Below are positions 19,501-29,860 of a DNA stretch of 64,000 nt, piece after piece. The notes beneath the pieces were generated by a model. The model ran no database searches. It saw nothing but the letters and a program-made list of their open reading frames with translations, and had not been told where the DNA came from. The DNA lies in assembly GCF_002854065.1 (NCBI RefSeq), contig NZ_CP024153.1; one strand, 5' to 3'. How positions within the stretch are numbered: position 1 is the first letter of the stretch; each line of letters starts with the position of its first letter. A program made the translations under genes and the position numbers. This DNA comes from Escherichia coli (lineage in GTDB: Bacteria > Pseudomonadota > Gammaproteobacteria > Enterobacterales > Enterobacteriaceae).

Positions 19501-19650
19501 AGAATAAGTTAGAGTAAGTTAAAGATCTTAAAGTAGATCTACCGATCTACATTTAAGATCTTAAAAACAAGAAGTTTAATAAGCAAAAAAACACAAAAAA
19601 TCTGTGGATAACTTTGCTCAAAACAAAAAATTCACACTACCTGTGGATAA
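19501..19650. promoter_or_regulatory. origin-like region: GATC cluster (19520-19560) and two DnaA boxes TGTGGATAA (19603-19611, 19642-19650)
   Basis: consensus DnaA box (TTATCCACA complement) twice, AT-rich, multiple GATC. Confidence 0.6.
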
Positions 19651-20293
19651 CTTTGCGTAAACCCAGAGGACAGATCACTCTGAACCAAGACAACCACACA
19701 TAAAAACAATATGCTCGCTTTTTAACCACTGCGCGTAATTGCCTGATGTTATCCCTGTGCTGTTCCGCTTCCTCGCTCACTAACTCGCTACACTCGGTCG
19801 TTCGGCTGCGGCGAGCGGTGTCTCCTTTCTCAAAACCAGAAGAGTTCAGATCATACGATCCGTTGATTGATCCTTTTTGGATCTTTCACTGAGAAGCCCT
19901 GAATCGCTTTCTAACGCTTTGTTCGATGTAACCATGAGGAAAACCATGTGAAATCGAAAAAATCGCTCAGAATGCGATACAGCGCGTTTTAGAGGGTATT
20001 TACAAAACAGTCGTTGCCTTGAGGAAATTTTGATCAAGATTGAACTCCTATCCGGATCATGGCAACAGATCACAGCAACAAGGCCGCTAAAAAGCGTTGA
20101 GCGGCGTTAAAAACCGTTAAACCGTAGCTGACTATAACGAAACGGGAAAAAACGCTCAGAACGCGTTACAGAGCGTTTTAAGGCGATGTCGGAAAGAGCC
20201 ATACCTCACCTGTTCTGATGTTTTTCTCAACACAAGCACTTTTAAGAGTACTTTTAAAGATGCTATTATGCCAATAAGACAAGCGGAGGACTT

Positions 20294-20545
20294 ATGAGCT
20301 ATCAAATTCTGACAACCACAGCGGCCAGTATTACTGACCTGAAAAAAAATCCTATGGGAACCGTAGCTGAAGGTGAAGGGGACGCTGTTGCGATCCTGAA
20401 CCGAAACGAACCGGCGTTCTATTGCGTTCCACCAAAACTTTACGCCTACTATCGGGAACTCGCTGAAGATGCTGAGTTAAACGCTGTTGCTGATGAGCGC
20501 ATGAAAAACCCGGAAATTGTGAAGGTTAACCTGGATGACCTATGA
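20294..20545 (+). CDS. stbD: type II antitoxin, Phd/YefM family (StbD-like)
   Basis: 83-aa ORF overlapping the downstream RelE-like toxin gene. Confidence 0.8.
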   Translation: MSYQILTTTAASITDLKKNPMGTVAEGEGDAVAILNRNEPAFYCVPPKLYAYYRELAEDAELNAVADERMKNPEIVKVNLDDL

Positions 20546-20816
20546 ACTGGCTTTTGACCGCAGAGCACTGAAGGAATGGCAGAAACTCGGCCACACCATC
20601 CGTGAACAATTCAAAAAGAAGCTGGCAGAACGGCTGGAAAATCCACGCGTACCCGCAGCCCGGTTACATGGTCATGCTGATCGCTATAAAATCAAACTTC
20701 GTGCATCTGGCTACAGACTTGTATATCAAGTCATTGATGAGAAAGTCGTTTTACTCGTTATTGCTGTTGGAAGAAGGGAAAGCAGCGAAGTTTATCAGAT
20801 TGCAGATATGCGCTGA
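20535..20816 (+). CDS. stbE: type II toxin, RelE/ParE family (StbE-like)
   Basis: 93-aa ORF MTYELAFDRRALKEWQKLGHTIREQFKKKLAERLENP... Confidence 0.8.
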   Translation: MTYELAFDRRALKEWQKLGHTIREQFKKKLAERLENPRVPAARLHGHADRYKIKLRASGYRLVYQVIDEKVVLLVIAVGRRESSEVYQIADMR

Positions 20817-21002
20817 ACTGAAACCCGCCCCGTAATTCGCGGCTGCAGCCGCTCAGACGCGCAGATGCTACACACCGTCACGGCGTACCGTTCGCAAGCT
20901 TACGCGCTAACTGCGAAAGGCTAATTGCGTGTTGTTAGTCCGGTAATGGGCTTTGCAGGGAGGGGGGATGTCCCTGATCTTAATTAAGCTGGTTTGTTTC
21001 CG

Positions 21003-21140
21003 GGCACTGTTGCAAAGTTAGCGATGAGGCAGCCTTTTGTCTTATTCAAAGGCCTTACATTTCAAAAACTCTGCTTACCAGGCGCATTTCGCCCAGGGGA
21101 TCACCATAATAAAATGCTGAGGCCTGGCCTTTGCGTAGTG
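21003..21140 (-). mobile_element. IS26 end fragment (138 bp) abutting the IS1294-like element
   Basis: IR GGCACTGTTGCAAAGTTAGCG... identical to IS26 up to ...TGCGTAGTG, then IS91-family sequence; junction ambiguous by 4 bp (CACG). Confidence 0.9.
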
Positions 21141-21312
21141 CACGTATAGGAAATTGAAAAACCAGTCGATACCATTGTCCACGCCTTATGCCACGTGAGC
21201 CTTTCTGCTTTTCCCACCACTCCGGTGGTTTCCCTCTCTGTATGGTCGATTTTTATACCGTAACAGGCTGTTTTTTATACTTTCACCGATTCCCGGGCAC
21301 ACTTAGCCTGTG

Positions 21313-22512
21313 TCAGGCCGGCATATACCTCAGTAGACTGATATCCCGCGCGTTTTTCTTCAGCCCTGATACATTCAGCCCCGCAATGGCCCGGCGGTAT
21401 ACCATCCGGCAGCCACACAGCACGCATTCGAACGGGTCACGACTCAGGAACTGTTTCACCATTTGTGCATAGCACACTTTCGCCACTGGTTCCGGTTTAT
21501 CCATCCCCAGTGCACGGTACACCTGCGGCAGCTTCTCTCCACACACACGGTTGGCAAGGAACCCGAAGTACCTCACCATCTTAAAAAACTTCTCCGGGAT
21601 GTGCTGTTTCAGCCTCGCGACCAGCTCACGCTGTGTCAGCGTTTCCGTCGCCGTTTCTCCCGTTTTGTGGTCCAGGTAACGGAAGCTCAGGCTTGCCCCT
21701 CCGTTGTAATGAGCCAGTCGGGAAGCCGCTATTGGTGGCTTCTTCAGATAACGACCCAGGTAGCGTGCCGTATTCCGCCCTCCGGCTGTCTTCTTCGACA
21801 TGTACACATGCCAGTATTTTCCGCCGGATTTCAGCACCAGGCTTCTCCACTGTGATTCCGTCGTGATATGTGACAACGACTCCGGCATTGCCATCCCCTC
21901 TGACCACGCTTTCAGAAGCAGCTGCCGCATATTCCACATCCACCGTGAACGCATCGCGTCTTTCAGGAAGCTCAGCTTTTTCCACTGACCATGCTTATTC
22001 AGACCTCCACAGGTTACAGACACATGTACATGCGGATGCCAGTTGAGACGACGGCCATACGTGTGGATGGCGCAGAAGATACCGGGTTCCAGCCCCCGTT
22101 TTCGGGCGGCATACAGCAGATTCTCCACCGCCAGACGGCACACGTCATTCAGCAGCCAGCGGTTGCTTTCGAACACCGGCCACAGCGTGTCCGGCAGGGT
22201 GAAGACCAGATGTACCCAGTCGCAGTCAGGAAGACGATTCAGCTGTGTTGCTGTCCACAGGTCTGTGGCCTTCTTTCCGCAGGACGGGCAGGCACGGCTG
22301 CCGCATGAGTTGGTCAGGTACTTTACGTGCTGACAGTCCGGGTTATCACACCCGAACTCTTTTACACCCAGTATCCGTGTGCCGCAGGCCAGCATTTTGG
22401 TGACGGCTTCAACCTCGATATCGCGCAGACCGCCCGCATCCAGGAAGGACGTCCAGCACTGGTTGGCTGTGAACAGACGTTTCAGAGGGCGGGGAGTAAA
22501 ACCGGACAACAT
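21313..22512 (-). CDS. IS91-family rolling-circle transposase
   Basis: 399-aa ORF with Cys-rich zinc-binding N-terminus and HxH/Y motifs. Confidence 0.88.
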   Translation of the reverse strand: MLSGFTPRPLKRLFTANQCWTSFLDAGGLRDIEVEAVTKMLACGTRILGVKEFGCDNPDCQHVKYLTNSCGSRACPSCGKKATDLWTATQLNRLPDCDWVHLVFTLPDTLWPVFESNRWLLNDVCRLAVENLLYAARKRGLEPGIFCAIHTYGRRLNWHPHVHVSVTCGGLNKHGQWKKLSFLKDAMRSRWMWNMRQLLLKAWSEGMAMPESLSHITTESQWRSLVLKSGGKYWHVYMSKKTAGGRNTARYLGRYLKKPPIAASRLAHYNGGASLSFRYLDHKTGETATETLTQRELVARLKQHIPEKFFKMVRYFGFLANRVCGEKLPQVYRALGMDKPEPVAKVCYAQMVKQFLSRDPFECVLCGCRMVYRRAIAGLNVSGLKKNARDISLLRYMPA

Positions 22513-22521
22513 GAGGATGGA

Positions 22522-22710
22522 TTAAACCCCGGTATCCTGTAGCAGGGTAAGGGCTGCTGTATCGCCACGGCGCTTCAGGATGGAGGTCGTCACCATCGCA
22601 GGTGGTGGGTCCATGGGTTTGAGCATTTTCATCCAGTCCCATTCTCGTTGTGAGAGCTTCTCAGCACCAACAGAGAGCAGAACTGTATCGATACTTTTGC
22701 GGGTCAACAT
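22522..22710 (-). CDS. small ORF upstream of the IS91-family transposase
   Basis: 62-aa ORF in the position of the small accessory ORF of IS91-like elements. Confidence 0.4.
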   Translation of the reverse strand: MLTRKSIDTVLLSVGAEKLSQREWDWMKMLKPMDPPPAMVTTSILKRRGDTAALTLLQDTGV

Positions 22711-22825
22711 AAGGGGATGAGTCCTTAATAAAACAGGTCCTCAGAGCATACATATTCTGCGGGGCGTGCGGCAACAACAGGACGAACCGGGGCGGTTTTC
22801 AATTTGCAGCCGCCAGGCTGCCGTG

Positions 22826-24271
22826 GTTCATGATAACTTCTGCTCTTCATCGTGCGGCCGACTGGGCTAAATCTGTGTTCTCTTCGGCGGCGCTGGGTGA
22901 TCCTCGCCGTACTGCCCGCTTGGTTAACGTCGCCGCCCAATTGGCAAAATATTCTGGTAAATCAATAACCATCTCATCAGAGGGTAGTGAAGCCATGCAG
23001 GAAGGCGCTTACCGATTTATCCGCAATCCCAACGTTTCTGCCGAGGCGATCAGAAAGGCTGGCGCCATGCAAACAGTCAAGTTGGCTCAGGAGTTTCCCG
23101 AACTGCTGGCCATTGAGGACACCACCTCTTTGAGTTATCGCCACCAGGTCGCCGAAGAGCTTGGCAAGCTGGGCTCTATTCAGGATAAATCCCGCGGATG
23201 GTGGGTTCACTCCGTTCTCTTGCTCGAGGCCACCACATTCCGCACCGTAGGATTACTGCATCAGGAGTGGTGGATGCGCCCGGATGACCCTGCCGATGCG
23301 GATGAAAAGGAGAGTGGCAAATGGCTGGCAGCGGCCGCAACTAGCCGGTTACGCATGGGCAGCATGATGAGCAACGTGATTGCGGTCTGTGACCGCGAAG
23401 CCGATATTCATGCTTATCTGCAGGACAAACTGGCGCATAACGAGCGCTTCGTGGTGCGCTCCAAGCACCCACGCAAGGACGTAGAGTCTGGGTTGTATCT
23501 GTACGACCATCTGAAGAACCAACCGGAGTTGGGTGGCTATCAGATCAGCATTCCGCAAAAGGGCGTGGTGGATAAACGCGGTAAACGTAAAAATCGACCA
23601 GCCCGCAAGGCGAGCTTGAGCCTGCGCAGTGGGCGCATCACGCTAAAACAGGGGAATATCACGCTCAACGCGGTGCTGGCCGAGGAGATTAACCCGCCCA
23701 AGGGTGAGACCCCGTTGAAATGGTTGTTGCTGACCAGCGAACCGGTCGAGTCGCTAGCCCAAGCCTTGCGCGTCATCGACATTTATACCCATCGCTGGCG
23801 GATCGAGGAGTTCCATAAGGCATGGAAAACCGGAGCAGGAGCCGAGAGGCAACGCATGGAGGAGCCGGATAATCTGGAGCGGATGGTCTCGATCCTCTCG
23901 TTTGTTGCGGTCAGGCTGTTACAGCTCAGAGAAAGCTTCACGCTGCCGCAAGCACTCAGGGCGCAAGGGCTGCTAAAGGAAGCGGAACACGTAGAAAGCC
24001 AGTCCGCAGAAACGGTGCTGACCCCGGATGAATGTCAGCTACTGGGCTATCTGGACAAGGGAAAACGCAAGCGCAAAGAGAAAGCAGGTAGCTTGCAGTG
24101 GGCTTACATGGCGATAGCTAGACTGGGCGGTTTTATGGACAGCAAGCGAACCGGAATTGCCAGCTGGGGCGCCCTCTGGTAAGGTTGGGAAGCCCTGCAA
24201 AGTAAACTGGATGGCTTTCTTGCCGCCAAGGATCTGATGGCGCAGGGGATCAAGATCTGATCAAGAGACAG
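22826..24271 (+). mobile_element. IS50L of Tn5, outer ~80 bp missing (replaced by the IS1294-like element)
   Basis: inside end CTGTCTCTTGATCAGATCT (complement) at 24253-24271; transposase ORF; outer end absent. Confidence 0.88.
22830..24182 (+). CDS. IS50L transposase, C-terminally truncated by the IS50L ochre codon (450 aa)
   Basis: MITSALHRAADWAKSVFSSAALGDPRRTARLVNVAAQLAKYSGKSITISSEG...; stops 26 codons early. Confidence 0.9.
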   Translation: MITSALHRAADWAKSVFSSAALGDPRRTARLVNVAAQLAKYSGKSITISSEGSEAMQEGAYRFIRNPNVSAEAIRKAGAMQTVKLAQEFPELLAIEDTTSLSYRHQVAEELGKLGSIQDKSRGWWVHSVLLLEATTFRTVGLLHQEWWMRPDDPADADEKESGKWLAAAATSRLRMGSMMSNVIAVCDREADIHAYLQDKLAHNERFVVRSKHPRKDVESGLYLYDHLKNQPELGGYQISIPQKGVVDKRGKRKNRPARKASLSLRSGRITLKQGNITLNAVLAEEINPPKGETPLKWLLLTSEPVESLAQALRVIDIYTHRWRIEEFHKAWKTGAGAERQRMEEPDNLERMVSILSFVAVRLLQLRESFTLPQALRAQGLLKEAEHVESQSAETVLTPDECQLLGYLDKGKRKRKEKAGSLQWAYMAIARLGGFMDSKRTGIASWGALW

Positions 24272-24276
24272 GATGA

Positions 24277-25083
<807 letters not shown>

Positions 25084-25103
25084 GCGGGACTCTGGGGTTC
25101 GAA

Positions 25104-25276
25104 ATGACCGACCAAGCGACGCCCAACCTGCCATCACGAGATTTCGATTCCACCGCCGCCTTCTATGAAAGGTTGGGCTTCGGAATCGTTTTCCGGGACG
25201 CCGGCTGGATGATCCTCCAGCGCGGGGATCTCATGCTGGAGTTCTTCGCCCACCCCGGGCTCGATCCCCTCGCGAG
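25104..25276 (+). pseudogene. ble: Tn5 bleomycin resistance gene ble, first ~57 codons, truncated by IS26
   Basis: MTDQATPNLPSRDFDSTAAFYERLGFGIVFRDAGWMILQRGDLMLEFFAHPGLDPLA then IS26 IR. Confidence 0.85.
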
Positions 25277-26096
25277 GGCACTGTTGCAAATAGTCGGTGG
25301 TGATAAACTTATCATCCCCTTTTGCTGATGGAGCTGCACATGAACCCATTCAAAGGCCGGCATTTTCAGCGTGACATCATTCTGTGGGCCGTACGCTGGT
25401 ACTGCAAATACGGCATCAGTTACCGTGAGCTGCAGGAGATGCTGGCTGAACGCGGAGTGAATGTCGATCACTCCACGATTTACCGCTGGGTTCAGCGTTA
25501 TGCGCCTGAAATGGAAAAACGGCTGCGCTGGTACTGGCGTAACCCTTCCGATCTTTGCCCGTGGCACATGGATGAAACCTACGTGAAGGTCAATGGCCGC
25601 TGGGCGTATCTGTACCGGGCCGTCGACAGCCGGGGCCGCACTGTCGATTTTTATCTCTCCTCCCGTCGTAACAGCAAAGCTGCATACCGGTTTCTGGGTA
25701 AAATCCTCAACAACGTGAAGAAGTGGCAGATCCCACGATTCATCAACACGGATAAAGCGCCCGCCTATGGTCGCGCGCTTGCTCTGCTCAAACGCGAAGG
25801 CCGGTGCCCGTCTGACGTTGAACACCGACAGATTAAGTACCGGAACAACGTGATTGAATGCGATCATGGCAAACTGAAACGGATAATCAACGCCACGCTG
25901 GGATTTAAATCCATGAAGACGGCTTACGCCACCATCAAAGGTATTGAGGTGATGCGTGCACTACGCAAAGGCCAGGCCTCAGCATTTTATTATGGTGATC
26001 CCCTGGGCGAAATGCGCCTGGTAAGCAGAGTTTTTGAAATGTAAGGCCTTTGAATAAGACAAAAGGCTGCCTCATCGCTAACTTTGCAACAGTGCC
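25277..26096 (+). mobile_element. IS26 (820 bp, complete, Asn184 allele)
   Basis: terminal inverted repeats at 25277 and 26096. Confidence 0.97.
25340..26044 (+). CDS. tnpA: IS26 transposase, Gly184Asn allele
   Basis: ...RIINATLGF... Confidence 0.95.
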   Translation: MNPFKGRHFQRDIILWAVRWYCKYGISYRELQEMLAERGVNVDHSTIYRWVQRYAPEMEKRLRWYWRNPSDLCPWHMDETYVKVNGRWAYLYRAVDSRGRTVDFYLSSRRNSKAAYRFLGKILNNVKKWQIPRFINTDKAPAYGRALALLKREGRCPSDVEHRQIKYRNNVIECDHGKLKRIINATLGFKSMKTAYATIKGIEVMRALRKGQASAFYYGDPLGEMRLVSRVFEM

Positions 26097-26135
26097 CCAA
26101 AAAGAACAAGATTCACCGCAACCCAGGACACTGCC

Positions 26136-26615
26136 ATGTTAGATTACCGCTTCCCGACAGCTTTGCAGATGGTTCTCAGCGTAGCAATGGCGGAGCAGAT
26201 GGGTGAACGTTCGACGAGTGCGATTCTGGCCTACGGCCTGGAAGCGAACCCGAGCTTTATCCGTAAACTAATGGTTCCGCTAACTCGTGACGGCATTATC
26301 GTCTCCACGCTTGGTCGCAACGGCTCAATTCATCTTGGCCGTCCGGCGGACAAGATCACCCTGCGTGATATCTATCTTTCGGTTATCGAAGATAAAAAAC
26401 TGTGGGCGTCGCGTCCTGACGTCCCGGCCCGCTGCGTGGTCAGCGCCAACGCCTGCTGGTACTTCAAATCGGTTGCCGATGAAGCAGAGCAGGCTTCGTT
26501 AAACGTCCTCGCTCGCCATACCGTGGCCAGCGCGCTGGAGGCGGTCAAAAACGCCGATACCAGCGGCTGCGACCCGGTGCCGGAAATGATCGCCCGCTTT
26601 AAAAAAGCGCATTAA
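26136..26615 (+). CDS. oqxR: Rrf2-type transcriptional repressor, OqxR-like
   Basis: 159-aa ORF with Rrf2-like N-terminal HTH, convergent with oqxB. Confidence 0.75.
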   Translation: MLDYRFPTALQMVLSVAMAEQMGERSTSAILAYGLEANPSFIRKLMVPLTRDGIIVSTLGRNGSIHLGRPADKITLRDIYLSVIEDKKLWASRPDVPARCVVSANACWYFKSVADEAEQASLNVLARHTVASALEAVKNADTSGCDPVPEMIARFKKAH

Positions 26616-26632
26616 TCATTTTCTGGTGACGA

Positions 26633-26669
26633 AAAAAAACCGCCTTCAAATTGTGAAGGCGGTTTTTTT
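26633..26669. terminator. bidirectional rho-independent terminator between oqxR and oqxB
   Basis: AAAAAAA-CCGCCTTCAAATTGTGAAGGCGG-TTTTTTT. Confidence 0.75.
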
Positions 26670-26684
26670 GTTATCTGCTGCAGG

Positions 26685-29600
26685 CTAGGCGGGCAGATCC
26701 TCCTGGACCGGCTTCCTGCGGGTCACCAGTTTCCGTAGCGTCACGTAAAACACCGGCGTCAGGAACAGACCGAAGAGCGTCACGCCCAGCATCCCGGAGA
26801 ACACCGTGATCCCGGTGACGCCGCGGACTTCCGCCCCCGCGCCGTGGCCGAGGATCAGCGGAATGGTCCCGGCGATAAAGGCGATGGAGGTCATCACGAT
26901 CGGGCGCAGACGCAGGCGGCATGCCTCCAGCGCCGCTTCCATGATGCCTTTCCCCTGGATCTCCAGCTCGCGGGCAAACTCGACGATCAGAATGGCGTTT
27001 TTACAGGCCAGGCCCATCAGGACCACCAGACCCACCTGCACGAAGACGTTGTTATCGCCCCCGGTCAGCCAGACGCCAAACAGCGCGGAGAGCATCGTCA
27101 TCGGTACGATAAGGATCACCGCCAGCGGCAGGGTCCAGCTTTCATACAGCGCGGCCAGTACGAGGAATGCCAGCAGCACCGCCACCGGGAAGACGATCAG
27201 CGCCGTGTTGCCCTGGGTGGCCTGCTGGAAGCTGAGATCCGTCCACTCAATATTCATCCCATTCGGCAGGATCTGCTTCGACAGCTCTTCCAGATGCGTC
27301 ATCGCCTGCGAAGAAGAGAGGACCCGCGGATCGGCATCGCCAATCAGGTCCGCCGCCGGATAACCGTTGTAGCGGATCACCGGATCCGGCCCGTAGGTGG
27401 TACTGATATTCACCATACTGCCGATCGGTACCATTTCGCCCTGATTATTGCGGGTGCGCAGATTGGCGATATCTTCCACGCTCTCGCGGTATGGTCCGTC
27501 AGCCTGGGCCATCACGCGCCAGGTACGCCCGAACTGGTTAAAGTCATTGACATAAGACGAGCCGAGATAGGTCTGCAGCGTACCGAACAGATCGGTTAGC
27601 GATACCCCCTGCGCTTTCGCCTTATCGCGATCGACCTGCACGTCCAGCTGCGGCACGTTAGCCTGGTAAGTCGAGATCGGGAAGTGCATCCCCGGCGTCT
27701 GCATAATCGCCCCGGACATCGCATTCACCGCGCTTTGCAGCGCGCCATAGCCCAGCCCTCCGCGATCCTGGATGTACAGGGAGTAGCCGGAACCCTGACC
27801 CAGACCTAAAATCGGCGGCGGCAGGATGGAAAAGCCAAAGCCCTGCTGGATTTGCGCGATTTTGGCGTTGATCTCCGCGTTAATTTCCGCCGCCGTGTGT
27901 TTGCGCTGGTCGAACGGTTTCAGGCCAAAAAAGACCGTCCCGGTATTCGGCGTGTTGGTGAACTGCAGCGCGTTAAGCCCCGGGAAAGCGACCGCATAGT
28001 CGACCCCTTCGGTATTCATCCCGATCTCGCTCATTTTGCGGATCACCGCGTCGGTGCGCGCCAGCGACGACCCTTCCGGCATCTTCACGCCGCCAATGAG
28101 ATACAGCTTATCCTGGGTGGGAATAAACCCGCCGGGGACGACTTTAAACATCACCCCAGCGGCGCAGAGCAGCAGCAGGTACACCGCAAACACTGCGCCA
28201 CGGCGTCCAAGCGTTTTGCCTACCAGTCCCTGATAGCCGTTCGAGCTGCGCAGGAAAAAGCGGTTAAACGGACGGAAAATCCAGCCAAACAGGCGATCGA
28301 TCAGCCGGGTAGGGAGGTCTTTCTTCGCGCCGTGCGGCTTTAACAGCAGGGCCGCCAGCGCCGGGGAGAGCGTCAGCGAGTTGATGGCCGAGATCACCGT
28401 CGAGATGGCGATGGTCACCGCGAACTGTTTGTAGAACTGGCCGGTGACCCCGGAGAGAAACGCCATCGGCACGAACACCGCACACAGCACCAGCGCAATG
28501 GCGATAATCGGCCCGGAGACCTCACGCATCGCCTGATGCGCCGCGGCAAGCGGCGCAAGCCCCTCTTCGATATTACGCTCGACGTTCTCCACCACCACGA
28601 TGGCGTCGTCCACCACGATACCGATAGCCAGTACCAGCCCGAACAGGCTCAGGGTATTCAGCGAGAAGCCCAGCAGATAGAGAATGCTGAAGGTACCCAC
28701 CACCGATACCGGCACAGCGATCAACGGGATAATCGACGCGCGCCAGGTCTGCAGGAACAGGATCACTACCAGCACCACCAGCACTACCGCCTCCAGCAGC
28801 GTCTGCACCACCGCGCGGATGGAGTCGCGGACGAAAACCGTCGGGTCGTACGGCGCCGCCCATTGCATATCTTCCGGGAAGCGGGTGGCCAGCTCGGCCA
28901 TTTTGGCGCGTACCGCGTTCGACAGATCGATGGCGTTAGCGCCGGGTGACTGGAAGATACCGATCCCGACCGCATCCTTATTGTTGAGCTGGGAGCGCAG
29001 CGCATAGCTACCGGAACCCATCTCGATGCGCGCCACGTCGCGCAGGCGGACCAGCGAGCCATCCTGCGCCGTTTTCAGAATGATATTGCCAAACTCTTCT
29101 TCGGTATGCAGACGGCCCTGGGCGTTAATGGAGATCAGGAAATCGCTCTCCTGCGGCAGCGGCTCGGCGCCAAGCTGTCCGGCAGACACCTGGACGTTTT
29201 GCTCCTGCATCGCCGTCACCACATCCGAGGCCGTCAGACCGCGGGCAGCGACCTTATTGGGATCCAGCCAGACGCGCATCGCATATTCACCGGAGCCAAA
29301 AATCTGGATCTGGCCGACGCCGGGCAGGCGCGCCAGCTCATCCTTCACTTTCAGCGTGGCGTAGTTGCGCATATACAGCGAGTCGTACTTCCCGCCGGGG
29401 GAGAACAGATGCACCACCAGGGTCAGCGTCGGAGACTGCTTCTGGGTGGTGATCCCCAGACGGCGTACATCCTCCGGCAGACGCGCTTCGGCCTGCGCGA
29501 CGCGGTTCTGCACCTGAACCTGCGCCTGATCCGGGTCGGTACCCGGGCGGAAGGTGACGGTGGTGACCAGCACGCCGTCGGAGCCGGCGACCGATTTCAT

Positions 29601-29837
29601 GTACATCATGTTTTCAACGCCGTTGATCGCTTCCTCCAGCGGCGTCGCCACGGTCTCGGCAATCACTTTCGGGTTGGCGCCGGGATACTCCGCGCGCACC
29701 TGGACGCTCGGCGGGACGACATCCGGATATTCGCTCACCGGCAGCAGTGGGATAGCGATTAACCCGGTGATAAAAATTAAAATCGACAGCACCGCGGCGA
29801 AAATCGGCCTGTCGATAAAAAAGCGGGAAAAGTCCAT
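26685..29837 (-). CDS. oqxB: RND multidrug efflux transporter OqxB
   Basis: 1050-aa ORF MDFSRFFIDRPIFAAVLSILIFITGLIAIPLLPVSEYPDV... Confidence 0.93.
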   Translation of the reverse strand: MDFSRFFIDRPIFAAVLSILIFITGLIAIPLLPVSEYPDVVPPSVQVRAEYPGANPKVIAETVATPLEEAINGVENMMYMKSVAGSDGVLVTTVTFRPGTDPDQAQVQVQNRVAQAEARLPEDVRRLGITTQKQSPTLTLVVHLFSPGGKYDSLYMRNYATLKVKDELARLPGVGQIQIFGSGEYAMRVWLDPNKVAARGLTASDVVTAMQEQNVQVSAGQLGAEPLPQESDFLISINAQGRLHTEEEFGNIILKTAQDGSLVRLRDVARIEMGSGSYALRSQLNNKDAVGIGIFQSPGANAIDLSNAVRAKMAELATRFPEDMQWAAPYDPTVFVRDSIRAVVQTLLEAVVLVVLVVILFLQTWRASIIPLIAVPVSVVGTFSILYLLGFSLNTLSLFGLVLAIGIVVDDAIVVVENVERNIEEGLAPLAAAHQAMREVSGPIIAIALVLCAVFVPMAFLSGVTGQFYKQFAVTIAISTVISAINSLTLSPALAALLLKPHGAKKDLPTRLIDRLFGWIFRPFNRFFLRSSNGYQGLVGKTLGRRGAVFAVYLLLLCAAGVMFKVVPGGFIPTQDKLYLIGGVKMPEGSSLARTDAVIRKMSEIGMNTEGVDYAVAFPGLNALQFTNTPNTGTVFFGLKPFDQRKHTAAEINAEINAKIAQIQQGFGFSILPPPILGLGQGSGYSLYIQDRGGLGYGALQSAVNAMSGAIMQTPGMHFPISTYQANVPQLDVQVDRDKAKAQGVSLTDLFGTLQTYLGSSYVNDFNQFGRTWRVMAQADGPYRESVEDIANLRTRNNQGEMVPIGSMVNISTTYGPDPVIRYNGYPAADLIGDADPRVLSSSQAMTHLEELSKQILPNGMNIEWTDLSFQQATQGNTALIVFPVAVLLAFLVLAALYESWTLPLAVILIVPMTMLSALFGVWLTGGDNNVFVQVGLVVLMGLACKNAILIVEFARELEIQGKGIMEAALEACRLRLRPIVMTSIAFIAGTIPLILGHGAGAEVRGVTGITVFSGMLGVTLFGLFLTPVFYVTLRKLVTRRKPVQEDLPA

Positions 29838-29860
29838 GTCTTGGATTCTCTGATTAGGGA

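Larger units (their letters stand above)
21141..22825 (-). mobile_element. IS1294-like IS91-family element (complete, ~1.69 kb)
   Basis: transposase gene plus small upstream ORF; one end shared with the fragment at 14290-14404, other end with the window-end copy; adjacent GAAC tetranucleotide. Confidence 0.8.

Noticed and set aside
19846..20073. 75-aa minus-strand ORF in the RepE-like origin/stbDE upstream region
   Set aside because: Overlaps palindromic repeats and GATC-rich DNA; no RBS or domain pattern.
26806..29853. Multiple plus-strand ORFs (up to 251 aa) inside oqxB, and similar antisense ORFs inside silA, silP, silB, silS, aph(3')-IIa and the IS1294-like transposase gene
   Set aside because: Antisense frames within long GC-rich genes whose coding strand is well supported; no independent evidence.
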